45,785 nucleotides of DNA from a bacterium (GTDB taxonomy: Bacteria > Elusimicrobiota > Elusimicrobia > UBA1565 > UBA9628): the NCBI GenBank assembly GCA_021783355.1, contig JAJXTZ010000002.1:1-45785 (forward strand), given 5' to 3'. Below the pieces are notes generated by a model. It ran no database searches. It saw nothing but the letters and a program-made list of their open reading frames with translations, and was not told the DNA's origin. A program made the translations under genes and the position numbers. Positions 11,321 to 21,480 of the stretch are shown in pieces (within the stretch, counting starts at the first letter, position 1; the number at the start of each line of letters is the position of its first letter).

Positions 11321-12670
11321 TCATCGTTCGGCCGCCTTGATGTCGGCTTGGAGCCGGTTGATCAACTCCAGGAAAAACGGGTCCTCTTCCACCTTCCTCT
11401 CAATCTTCTTGCGCGCGTGGAGGACCGTGGAGTGGTCCTTGCCGCCGAACGCGCGGCCGATGTCGGTGGAGGACTGGTCGGTCATCACGCAGGACAGGTA
11501 CATCGCGACCTGCCGAGGCAAGGCGATGGACGCCGTGCGCTGGTGGCCTTTGATGTCCTTAACCTCGACCGAGTACTTCAGCGCCACGACGCGCTGGATG
11601 GTCTCGATGCGCACGGGGTTGCCCTCGTCGGAGGCCAGGGTGTCCTTCAGGATGTCGCGCGCGTCGTCGACGGTCAGGGGCGCCCCGGTCATGGACTGGA
11701 AGGCCTTGAGACGGATCAGCGAGCCCTCGAGCAGGCGCACGTTCGTCTTCACCGACGAGGCCACGAACAGGACCACATCGTCCGGGACGGCGAAGCCCTC
11801 CAGGGCGGCCTTCTTGCGCAGGATCGCGATGCGCGTCTCGAGGTCCGGCGGCTTGATGTCCGCCACGAAGCCCCACTCCAGGCGGCTGATCAGCCTCTGC
11901 TCCAGGGGGGACATCTCCTTGGGGGAACGGTCGGAGCTGACGACGATCTGCTTGCGCGAGTCGAAGAGGGCGTTGAAGGTGTGGAAGAACTCCTGTTCGG
12001 AGCGGTCCTTGGCGATCAGGAACTGGATGTCGTCGATGAGCAGGCAGTCGAGCGAGCGGTAGCGCGCGCGGAACGCGTCCAGCGCGTTGTTCTGCACCGC
12101 GGCGATGAACTCGTTGACGAACTGTTCGCTCGTCGTGTAGAGGACGCGCGCCTTCGGGTGCTGGCGGCGCATCGCGTTGCCGATCGCGTGCATCAGATGG
12201 GTCTTGCCCAGACCCACGCCGCCGTAGATCACGTACGGGTTGTACTGCGTTCCCGGGCTCTTCGCGATGGACTCGGCCGTCGCGCGCGCCAGGCGGTTGG
12301 ACTCGCCGATGACGAAGGTCTCGAAGGTGTAGCGCGGGTTGAGCTCCGAGAGGGCGAAGTCCGACTGCGACGAGGCCTCCGGCACGGGGTCCGACGGGGG
12401 CAGCACGCGGGAGATGTCGCGCTCCACGCGGAAGTCGAGGCCGACGTCGGCTCCGGAGAGTTCGCGGAAAACGGCGATCAGGCGCTTCTGGTAGCGCTCC
12501 TTTATCCCATCGGAGAAAAACTTGTTCGGCACGCGCAGGGTCAGGACGCCTCCCTCCAGCGAGACCGCCTGGGCGGGCTTCAACCAGAGTTCAGCGTTCT
12601 CCTCGCCGATCTCGGCGCGCAGGCGTTCAACCGCCTGGGACCAAAGCTCCGCGGAGTCCGCGATCTTCAC
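11321..12670 (-). CDS. dnaA: chromosomal replication initiator DnaA
   Basis: 449 aa with NPRYTFETFVIGESN, Walker A GGVGLGKTHL, LLIDDIQF and the C-terminal DNA-binding helix (IGRAFGGKDHSTVLHA). GTG start at 12670. Confidence 0.97.
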   Translation of the reverse strand: MKIADSAELWSQAVERLRAEIGEENAELWLKPAQAVSLEGGVLTLRVPNKFFSDGIKERYQKRLIAVFRELSGADVGLDFRVERDISRVLPPSDPVPEASSQSDFALSELNPRYTFETFVIGESNRLARATAESIAKSPGTQYNPYVIYGGVGLGKTHLMHAIGNAMRRQHPKARVLYTTSEQFVNEFIAAVQNNALDAFRARYRSLDCLLIDDIQFLIAKDRSEQEFFHTFNALFDSRKQIVVSSDRSPKEMSPLEQRLISRLEWGFVADIKPPDLETRIAILRKKAALEGFAVPDDVVLFVASSVKTNVRLLEGSLIRLKAFQSMTGAPLTVDDARDILKDTLASDEGNPVRIETIQRVVALKYSVEVKDIKGHQRTASIALPRQVAMYLSCVMTDQSSTDIGRAFGGKDHSTVLHARKKIERKVEEDPFFLELINRLQADIKAAER

Positions 12671-12673
12671 AAG

Positions 12674-12761
12674 CTGTCCACAAACGTGGATAACCCGTTA
12701 TTCACAGGATAAATCGTTATTTTTAAATGATTTATTTATTTACAACCCAAGCGGTGGATAA
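12674..12761. other. candidate oriC core: DnaA boxes flanking an AT-rich unwinding element
   Basis: CTGTCCACA (12674-12682, 2 mismatches), CGTGGATAA (12685-12693, 1 mismatch, reverse), TTATTCACA (12698-12706, 1 mismatch), GGTGGATAA (12753-12761, 1 mismatch, reverse). Between them, 12709-12745 (ataaatcgttatttttaaatgatttatttatttacaa) is 33/37 A+T in an otherwise very GC-rich window. The coding strand switches here. Confidence 0.75.
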
Positions 12762-12865
12762 GTCCAACTAGCCCCCGCCGGGCCTCAGCGTGCTCACGGA
12801 CGGCGAAGCCTCATCTTAGCGCATTTCATTCCATAGAGTCAACTAGACGATCGCGCGCGTTCGCG

Positions 12866-12894
12866 TTGACAGCCATCGCCCCAATGGCTAGAAT
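12866..12894 (+). promoter_or_regulatory. sigma70-type promoter of the hpf operon
   Basis: TTGACA (12866-12871), 17-nt spacer, TAGAAT (12889-12894). Only 10 nt separate the -10 element from the hpf ATG. Confidence 0.55.
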
Positions 12895-12904
12895 TCCTCC
12901 ACCT

Positions 12905-13429
12905 ATGGAGATACAGCTCACCGCCAAGCAGCTCAAGGTCACGCCCGCCCTGCGGGAGTACGTCCAGCAGAAGATGGGCAAGGCTCAGAAGTACTTCGAT
13001 CACATCGTCTGGGGGCAGGCATTCCTTTTCGTTGAAAAGCGCGCCCACAAGGCGGAGATGATCGTGCACGCGCCGGGGCAGACATTCCGCGCGCTGGCGA
13101 CCGCGGCCGACCTTTATTCCGCGATCGACCTCGCCTCCGACAAGATTGACGCCCAGCTCAAGAAGCACAAGGAGCGCGTCAAGGTCCGGCACAAAGCCAA
13201 GACTTCCGAGACGATGTCCGGGGCCGTGCCCCCGGCGTCGACGACCTTCTCGGTCGTGCGCCAGGTGGTCGAGCCCACGACGCCCGAGGGCGCCGCCGAG
13301 GAACTGGAGTCCAGCGGTCGCGAGTTCATGGCCTACCTGGACCGCGACACCGATCAGATCCACGTCGTCTTCCGCCGCAGCGACGAGACCTTCGGCGTCG
13401 TCCAGCCGGTCCGCAAGACGAAGCGCTGA
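12905..13429 (+). CDS. hpf: ribosome hibernation promoting factor, long form
   Basis: MEIQLTAKQLKVTPALREYV aligns with HPF/RaiA N-termini. The C-terminal dimerisation domain (FMAYLDRDTDQIHVVFRRSDETFGVVQP) is present. Start taken at ATG 12905, not the TTG 12866 of the ORF track. Confidence 0.88.
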   Translation: MEIQLTAKQLKVTPALREYVQQKMGKAQKYFDHIVWGQAFLFVEKRAHKAEMIVHAPGQTFRALATAADLYSAIDLASDKIDAQLKKHKERVKVRHKAKTSETMSGAVPPASTTFSVVRQVVEPTTPEGAAEELESSGREFMAYLDRDTDQIHVVFRRSDETFGVVQPVRKTKR

Positions 13430-13433
13430 GGCC

Positions 13434-14384
13434 GTGCAGGCCGCGGATCTGACCGTCGGAGACCTCCTCAAGGAGCAGGGCGAGAGGCTGCGCCTCGAGC
13501 TGCTGTCGGGGGAGAAGTCCTTGGCCCGGCGCGTCCCCGTCGCGGACTTGAACCGCCCGGGCCTGGCCCTCTCCGGCTTCCTGGACCGCTTCCGCGCCGA
13601 GCGCGTCCAGGTCTTCGGCGCGGGAGAGCAGGCGTATTGCCTGAAGGCCGAGGCCAAGAAGCTGGCCGAGTCCCTCTCCCGGATGATGTCGTCGCCGGAG
13701 CTGCCCTGCGTGATCGTCACGCACAACGCGGCGGTGCCGCCGGCCCTCACGCAGGCCTGCCGCAAGCACGGCGTGCCGCTGCTGCGCTCGGCCTACGACA
13801 CCGCCACGCTGACCGGCGAGCTCTCCGAGGCCCTTGAGGCGCGGCTGTCGCCGACGACGACCATCCACGGCGTCCTCGTCGACGTCTACGGTCTGGGCGT
13901 CCTGATCCAGGGGGAGGCGGGCATCGGCAAGTCCGAGTGCGCGCTGGAACTGCTCAAGCGCGGCCACATCCTGGTCGCCGACGACGTGGTGCAGGTCCAG
14001 CACCGGCGCGGCGCGTACCTGCGCGGTTCCTGCCCGGAGCCGCTGAAGAACCACATGGAGGTCCGCGGGCTGGGACTGATCGACGTGAAGCTCCTGTTCG
14101 GCATCGGGGCCATCCTGGACCGCACGCGCATCGAGCTTTCGATCAAGCTGGAGCCGTGGAACTCCCAGACGCCCCCAGACCGCACGGGCCTGGAGGCGCG
14201 CAAGATCACCATCCTGGACGTCGAGGTCCCGCTGATCCGCATCCCCGTCAGCCCGGGGCGCAACCTCGCGGTCCTCATCGAGGTGGCCGCGCTCAACCAG
14301 CGCCTGCGCTCCCAGGGCTATTTCTCGGCGGAGACATTCAATAAGCGGCTGATCGAGCGCATGCGCGTCAAGGAGCGCCCGTGA
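13434..14384 (+). CDS. hprK: HPr kinase/phosphorylase
   Basis: 316 aa from GTG 13434. HGVLVDVYGLGVLIQGEAGIGKSECALELLKRGHILVADD and EVRGLGLIDV are HprK/P signatures. The ORF-track N-terminal extension overlaps hpf. Confidence 0.92.
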   Translation: MQAADLTVGDLLKEQGERLRLELLSGEKSLARRVPVADLNRPGLALSGFLDRFRAERVQVFGAGEQAYCLKAEAKKLAESLSRMMSSPELPCVIVTHNAAVPPALTQACRKHGVPLLRSAYDTATLTGELSEALEARLSPTTTIHGVLVDVYGLGVLIQGEAGIGKSECALELLKRGHILVADDVVQVQHRRGAYLRGSCPEPLKNHMEVRGLGLIDVKLLFGIGAILDRTRIELSIKLEPWNSQTPPDRTGLEARKITILDVEVPLIRIPVSPGRNLAVLIEVAALNQRLRSQGYFSAETFNKRLIERMRVKERP

Positions 14385-15250
14385 GGCGCAAGCACTCCCC
14401 GGACCCCAAGCGCCTGTTCGTGATCACCGGCATGTCCGGCGCGGGCAAGAGCCAGGCCCTGAAGGTCTTCGAGGACTTCGGCTGGTTCTGCGTGGACAAC
14501 CTGCCGATTGCGCTGCTGGACCAGTTCGTGCGCCTGACGCTGAAGACCCCGAGGATGACGCGCGTGGCGCTGGGCATGGACGTGCGCGAAGGCCGCCTGC
14601 TGTCGTCGCTGCCGCTGCAGCTCAAGGAGATGAAAAGCCGCGGCCTGCGCATCAGCGTCCTGTTCCTGGACGCGCCCGACGAGGCGCTGGTCCGGCGCTT
14701 CTCCGAGACGCGCCACCGGCACCCGCTCGGCGGCAAGGTCGGCGACGCCGTGCGCCAGGAGCGGCGCCTGCTGGCCCCGATCAAAGGCGCCGCGGACAAG
14801 GTGATCGACACCGCGCACCTGAGCCTTGGCGAGCTCAAGGAGAAGATCTCCGAAACCCTGGGCCTGACGCGCACGCGCGAGATGACCCTGCAGGTCACCA
14901 GCTTCGGCTACAAGAACGGCATCCCGATCGACGCCGACATCGTGATGGACGTCCGCTTCCTCCCCAACCCGCACTACGTTCCGGGCCTGCGCCGGCTGAC
15001 CGGCCTGGACGGGAAGGTGCGCCGCTACTTGCTGGCCCAGCCCATCGCGCGCCGTTTCCTCGACGACTGGATCAAGCTCGTGACCGCGCTCCTGCCGCAC
15101 TACGTGCGGGAGGGGAAGTCCTACCTGACCATCGCCGTCGGCTGCACCGGCGGCCGTCACCGCAGCGTGTTCTGCACACGCTGGCTGGCCCAGCACCTGC
15201 GCTCAGCCGGGCATCCGGTTCAAGAGTTCCACCGGGACATCTCCGCGTGA
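14381..15250 (+). CDS. rapZ: RNase adapter protein RapZ (YhbJ family P-loop NTPase)
   Basis: FVITGMSGAGKSQALKVFEDFGWFCVDNLP and the C-terminal IAVGCTGGRHRSV motif. The GTG start overlaps the hprK stop. Confidence 0.9.
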   Translation: MRRKHSPDPKRLFVITGMSGAGKSQALKVFEDFGWFCVDNLPIALLDQFVRLTLKTPRMTRVALGMDVREGRLLSSLPLQLKEMKSRGLRISVLFLDAPDEALVRRFSETRHRHPLGGKVGDAVRQERRLLAPIKGAADKVIDTAHLSLGELKEKISETLGLTRTREMTLQVTSFGYKNGIPIDADIVMDVRFLPNPHYVPGLRRLTGLDGKVRRYLLAQPIARRFLDDWIKLVTALLPHYVREGKSYLTIAVGCTGGRHRSVFCTRWLAQHLRSAGHPVQEFHRDISA

Positions 15251-15666
15251 TCAACTTCATCGTCGCGACCCACGGGGAGTTCGGCGCCTATCTCGTGGAG
15301 GCGGCCGAGGGCATCGTCGGGCGCCAGGCCCGCGGCGTGCGCGTGGTCGCGACCTCGTCGCGCCTCTCCGTGCCCGAGATCCGCGAGAAGCTCTCCCGCG
15401 CCCTGCGCGAGCTCGCGGGGCCCGACGGCATCCTCCTCTTCACGGACATGCCGGGCGGCACGCCAAACAACCTGGCCTTCCCCCTGATCAAGGAAGCCCC
15501 GCGCGTCGAGATGGTCAGCGGGGTCAACCTTTACATGCTGGTCTCCGCGTTCAGCCAGCGCGACCGCCTTCCGCTCGAGGCGCTCGTCGAGAAGGTCGTG
15601 GCCGACGGCCAGCGCTCGATCCGCGACGTGCGGCGCATGTTCCTCGCCGCGGCGGGGTCGCGCTGA
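15247..15666 (+). CDS. PTS mannose-family EIIA component
   Basis: 139 aa. INFIVATHGEFG (phosphorylatable His near the N-terminus) and LLFTDMPGGTP are typical of EIIA-Man. The GTG start overlaps the rapZ stop. Confidence 0.85.
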   Translation: MINFIVATHGEFGAYLVEAAEGIVGRQARGVRVVATSSRLSVPEIREKLSRALRELAGPDGILLFTDMPGGTPNNLAFPLIKEAPRVEMVSGVNLYMLVSAFSQRDRLPLEALVEKVVADGQRSIRDVRRMFLAAAGSR

Positions 15667-16142
15667 TGCCGATCGCGCTGCTGCGCATCGACGACCGCTT
15701 GGTCCACGGCCAGGTCGTCGAGGGCTGGCTGCCGCACCTCAAGGCCGACCTCGTCGTCGTCGTCTCCGACGCCGCGGCCGCCGACGAGGTCCAGGTCGCG
15801 CTGATGAAGATGGCGCTGCCGGCCTCGGTCGGGCTGCTGGCGGCCCGGGTCGCCGACGCCCCCGCCGCGCTGGCGGCCCTCAAGGGCCGGCGCGCGCTGG
15901 TCCTCACGCCGGGTCCGTCCGAGGCCCTGGCCCTTCTGGAAGCGGGCGTAGCCGTCGACCGGGTCAACGTCGGCGGCCTTCACTACACCGTCGGCAAGGT
16001 CCAGCTCGGACGCGCGCTGTTCCTGGACCAGAAGGACAAGACCGCCCTGCGCGCCATCGCCGCGCGCGGCGTCCCTCTTGAGGGCCGGCCGCTGCCGTCG
16101 GATCCCGAGGAGAACCTGGCGGCCATGCTGGAGGGGCGATGA
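15666..16142 (+). CDS. PTS mannose/sorbose-family EIIB component
   Basis: 158 aa. LLRIDDRLVHGQVV is the EIIB-Man/sorbose phospho-His motif. The ATG overlaps the EIIA stop (TGATG). Confidence 0.85.
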   Translation: MPIALLRIDDRLVHGQVVEGWLPHLKADLVVVVSDAAAADEVQVALMKMALPASVGLLAARVADAPAALAALKGRRALVLTPGPSEALALLEAGVAVDRVNVGGLHYTVGKVQLGRALFLDQKDKTALRAIAARGVPLEGRPLPSDPEENLAAMLEGR

Positions 16143-16756
16143 GCCCGCTGGCGACGGACGCGGCCGGCGCCGCCGCCCTCGCCCTGCTCGAGCTTGACGA
16201 GGCGTCGGTCGGCCCGTTCCTGCTCTCGCGGCCGTTCGTGACGGCTCCGCTGCTGGGCTTCGCGCTCGGTTCCCCATGGCTGGGCGCGGCGGTCGGAGCC
16301 GTCTTCGAGCTGCTGACCCTGACCGAGCTCCCGCTGGGCGGGTGTCTGGACCTCTCGGCCCCGATCGCCGCGGGCAGCGCCGTCTTCCTGGCGGCGGGTC
16401 CGGCCGCCCTGCCTCTGGAGGCGGCCTTCCCCGCGGGCTTGGCCGCGGGCTGGGCGCACGCGCGCGTGGAGCGCGCCCTTCGCGCGCGCCGCGCCGCCGC
16501 CTGCCGGCGCGCGGAAGAGGCGTTGGCGGCGGGACGGCCCCCGCGCCTCGGCGCGGAGATCGCCGGGACGATCGGCGTCCAGGCCGCGGCCGCGTTCGCC
16601 CTGGCGCTGACGGTGTTCGCCCTCGGCGGGCCCGCGCTCTCGCGCCTGTGGCCGCTCCTGCCCGATGCGCTGCGTGCCGGCGCCCGGACGGCGCTGGAGA
16701 CGGCTCCGTGGCTCGGCGCGGGCGGGCTGGCGGCGTCGCTGTGGAGGCGCGCGTGA
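16139..16756 (+). CDS. PTS mannose-family IIC-like membrane protein
   Basis: 205 aa, polytopic and Ala-rich. LELDEASVGPFLLSRPFVTAPLLGFALG..GAVFELLTLTELPLGG parallels the ManY N-terminal region. ATGA overlap with EIIB. Confidence 0.7.
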   Translation: MSPLATDAAGAAALALLELDEASVGPFLLSRPFVTAPLLGFALGSPWLGAAVGAVFELLTLTELPLGGCLDLSAPIAAGSAVFLAAGPAALPLEAAFPAGLAAGWAHARVERALRARRAAACRRAEEALAAGRPPRLGAEIAGTIGVQAAAAFALALTVFALGGPALSRLWPLLPDALRAGARTALETAPWLGAGGLAASLWRRA

Positions 16757-17520
16757 GCGGCCTCTCCCGGAGGACGGCCAGGCTTTTCCTGCGCTCCCTG
16801 CTGATCCAGGCCGGGTTCGGCGACGAGCGCCTCCAGGGTCTGGGCTTCGCGTGGGCCATCGACCCCGAGCTGCGCGAGTCCTACGCCCGGGACGCGGCGG
16901 GACTGTCCCGCGCGCGGACCCGTCACCTGGAAGCCTTCAACGCGAGTCCGGCGGTCTCCGGACTCCTGCTCGGCGCCGCGGCCGCGGCCGAGGCCGCCGC
17001 CGCGGCCGGCGCTCCGGAGGCCGTCGAGCGCGCCCGCGTCGTCAAGACCGCCTTTGCCGCTCCGCTCTCCGGCGCCGCCGACGCCCTCTTCTGGGGCGCG
17101 TTGCGCCCGCTCGCCGCGGCCGCCGCGATCTGCGTCTTCATCGCGGGCCGGCGCTGGGGCTGGTCCCATCCGCTCTTCTGGGGCGCGGGGCTGGGGCTGG
17201 CGGCGTTCAACTTCCCATCCCTCGGCGCGCGCTGGCTGGGCGCGCGCCGAGGCCTGGAGGCGGGGGCGTCCGCCGCCGCCGAGGCCGCGGCCCTTCCGCT
17301 GCGCCGCTGGACCGCGCTCGCGCGCGTCGCCGCGGGCGTTCTGGTCTTCCTCGCCTGCGCCGGAGCGCTGAGCCTCCCGTTCGGGATTCGGCCGATCCTG
17401 GCCGCGCTCTCGTTCGCGGCGGGTGCGGTCCTCTCGGGCCGATCCGGGGGGGCGCTCAAGCTGGTCGGGGCGGCCGCCATGCTGGGCGCGGCGGCGTCCG
17501 CCGCGGGGCTGGCGCCGTGA
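16753..17520 (+). CDS. PTS mannose-family IID-like membrane protein
   Basis: 255 aa from GTG 16753. LFLRSLLIQAGFGDERLQGLGFAWAI..RHLEAFNASP parallels the ManZ signature (RS..IQASWNYERMQ.LGF...RHLEFFNTHP). Confidence 0.72.
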   Translation: MSGLSRRTARLFLRSLLIQAGFGDERLQGLGFAWAIDPELRESYARDAAGLSRARTRHLEAFNASPAVSGLLLGAAAAAEAAAAAGAPEAVERARVVKTAFAAPLSGAADALFWGALRPLAAAAAICVFIAGRRWGWSHPLFWGAGLGLAAFNFPSLGARWLGARRGLEAGASAAAEAAALPLRRWTALARVAAGVLVFLACAGALSLPFGIRPILAALSFAAGAVLSGRSGGALKLVGAAAMLGAAASAAGLAP

Positions 17521-17783
17521 GCGAGCGCGTCTTCATCGTCACCAACCGCCTGGGGCTGCACGCGCGCCCCGCGGCGCTCTTCGTCCAGGAGGCGGCGCGC
17601 TTCCGCTGCCAGATCACCGTGGTCAAGGACGGCCTGGAGGTCAACGGCAAGAGCGTGATGGGGCTGATGCTGCTGGCCGCGGAGAGCGGCTCGCGCCTCA
17701 CGGTGAAGGCGGAGGGCGCCGACGAGTCCCAGGCCCTCGAGGCCCTGCAGAAGGTCTTCGATCGGAAGTTCGATGAGGACTAG
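17517..17783 (+). CDS. ptsH: phosphocarrier protein HPr
   Basis: 88 aa from GTG 17517. GLHARPAA (His15 site) and NGKSVMGLM (Ser46-type HprK target) are present. Confidence 0.9.
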   Translation: MSERVFIVTNRLGLHARPAALFVQEAARFRCQITVVKDGLEVNGKSVMGLMLLAAESGSRLTVKAEGADESQALEALQKVFDRKFDED

Positions 17784-17815
17784 ATGCTTTAGGCCCTTCC
17801 TCAGCGCATCTGCGC

Positions 17816-17932
17816 CGCGCGCGAAGCGTCGCGGCGTAGAGCCCATCGTCGGGATCCCTGAGGCGCGCGCGAAGCGTCGCGGCGTAGAGCCCATCGTCGG
17901 GATCCCTGAGGCGCGCGCGAAGCGTCGCGGCG
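17816..17932. repeat. 48-bp tandem repeat, 2 identical copies plus 21 nt of a third
   Basis: cgcgcgcgaagcgtcgcggcgtagagcccatcgtcgggatccctgagg occurs at 17816-17863 and identically at 17864-17911. 17912-17932 repeats the first 21 nt. It lies in the ptsH-ptsI intergenic spacer. Confidence 0.95.
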
Positions 17933-17948
17933 CGCGGAGCGTCATCCC

Positions 17949-19666
17949 ATGATCGTCATCAAGGGCATCGCCGCCAGTCCCGGCATCGCGATTGGCAAAG
18001 CCTACGTGGTCGACGATGAGGACATCGTCGTCGAGCGCGTGGAGATCGGCCGCGAGCGCCTGCGCGACGAGGTCCGCCGCTTCAAGGCCGCTCAGAAGGC
18101 CACGCACCGCGACCTGGACGCCGCGGAGCAGAAGGTGCTGAAGGTCCTCGGCAAGCAGCACGCCAAGCTCATCGACGCGCACCGCTTGATCCTGAAGGAC
18201 ACGCTGATCACGCGCGACGTGCCCAAGCGTATCCTCGACGAGGGCGTCAACGCGGAGTTCGCCCTCTCCGAGTCGCTGGAGGCGGTCAACCGCCAATTCG
18301 AGAAGATGGACGACGAGTTCTTCCGCGAGCGCCGCCACGACCTCTTCGACGTGGGCAAGCGCCTGCTGCTGCACCTGATGAAGCGGCAGAAGCGTAACCT
18401 CGCCGAGATCGAGCAGGAGTGCGTGCTGATCTCCCGCAACCTGCTGCCGTCCGACACGCTGGGGCTCAAGGACACCAAGATCCTGGGCTTCGCCACGGAC
18501 CTCGGCGGCAAGACCTCGCACACGGCGATCCTCGCGCAGAGCCTGGAGATCCCGGCGGTCGTCGGGCTCTCCGACGTCAGCCGCCGCGTGAAGACCGGCG
18601 ACACGATCATCCTGGACGGCGAGCAAGGCATGGTCATCATCGCGCCCGGCCCCGAGACCGTCGCCAAGTACGAGAAGGTCCAGCAGCGGACGATGGCCGA
18701 GGAGCGGCAGCTGGAGGCGCTCCGGGGGCTGCCGACCGTCACGCAGGACGGGCGCGGGTTCCGCCTGGAGGCGAACCTGGATTCCCCCGAGGAGCTCAAA
18801 AGCCTGCAGGCCCTCCAGCCCGACGGCATCGGCCTTTTTCGCACCGAGTACCTGTTCCTGAACCGGTCCGACCCGCCCGGAGAGGAAGAGCAGGCGAAGG
18901 CCTACGCGGCCGTGGTCAAGGCCCTGGACGGCCGCGAGGTCGTCATCCGCACCGCGGACATCGGCGGCGACCGGCTTTCGATGCTGGGCATCGAGGGCCC
19001 AAAGAACGAGACCAATCCGTTCATGGGCCTGCGCGGGGTGCGCCTGTTCCTGCGCCATCTGGACCTTTTCAAGGTCCAGTTGCGCGCGATCCTGCGCGCC
19101 TCGACGAAGGGCAAGGTCCGCGTGATGATCCCCATGGTCTCCTCCGTCGGCGAGGTGGTCGCCGCGCGGCGGCTCCTGGAGCAGGCCGCGGCGGAGTTGG
19201 CCGCCGAGGGAGTCGAGCTCAAGGAGGACCTGGAGCTCGGCATCATGATCGAGATTCCCGCGGCGGCCATTCAACTGGACTCCTTCCTGCCGCACGTGGA
19301 CTTCGTCTCCATCGGCACCAACGACCTGATTCAGTACGTGCTCGCCGTCGATCGGATCAACGAGAACGTGACCCACCTCTACGATCCTTTCCACCCGGCC
19401 GTCGTGCGCCTGCTGGAGCACGTGGTGCGCACGGCCCACGCGAAGGGCAAGTGGGTCGGCGTCTGCGGGGAGATGACCTCCGATCCCCGCGCGGTGCCGC
19501 TGCTGGTCGGCATGGGCGTGGACGCGATGTCGGTCTCGCCGCGCATGTTCCTGCGGGTCAAGCAGACGATCCGGAGCCTCAAGCACGAGGCGATGAAGAA
19601 GCTCGTGATCAAGGCCGTCGTCTGCTCGGAGTCCGACGAGATCCGGCGCCTGCTGGAGCAGTCCGC

Positions 19667-19670
<4 letters not shown>
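17949..19670 (+). CDS. ptsI: phosphoenolpyruvate-protein phosphotransferase (PTS Enzyme I)
   Basis: 573 aa: MIVIKGIAASPGIAIGKA, GGKTSHTAILAQSLEIPAVVG (active-site His), GLFRTEYLF, IGTNDLIQY. Confidence 0.96.
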
Positions 19671-21478
<1,808 letters not shown>

Positions 21479-21480
21479 GA

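Noticed and set aside
12762-12865. rpoN expected upstream of hpf
   Set aside because: hpf is preceded by oriC and dnaA, not by any sigma-54 ORF, so no rpoN is present in this window.
15531-17169. Minus-strand ORFs of 442 and 401 aa across the PTS IIB/IIC/IID genes
   Set aside because: Arg/Pro/Ala-rich translations opposite genes with clear PTS signatures; judged non-coding.
17816-17932. Possible CRISPR array
   Set aside because: The 48-bp units are directly adjacent with no spacers, and no cas genes are present. It is a plain tandem repeat.
16923-19586. 887-aa minus-strand ORF covering the IID, ptsH and ptsI region
   Set aside because: It is antisense to strongly conserved genes (EI, HPr). 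The translation is Arg/Ala/Gly/Pro-rich with no motifs. Long stop-free antisense frames are expected in very GC-rich DNA.
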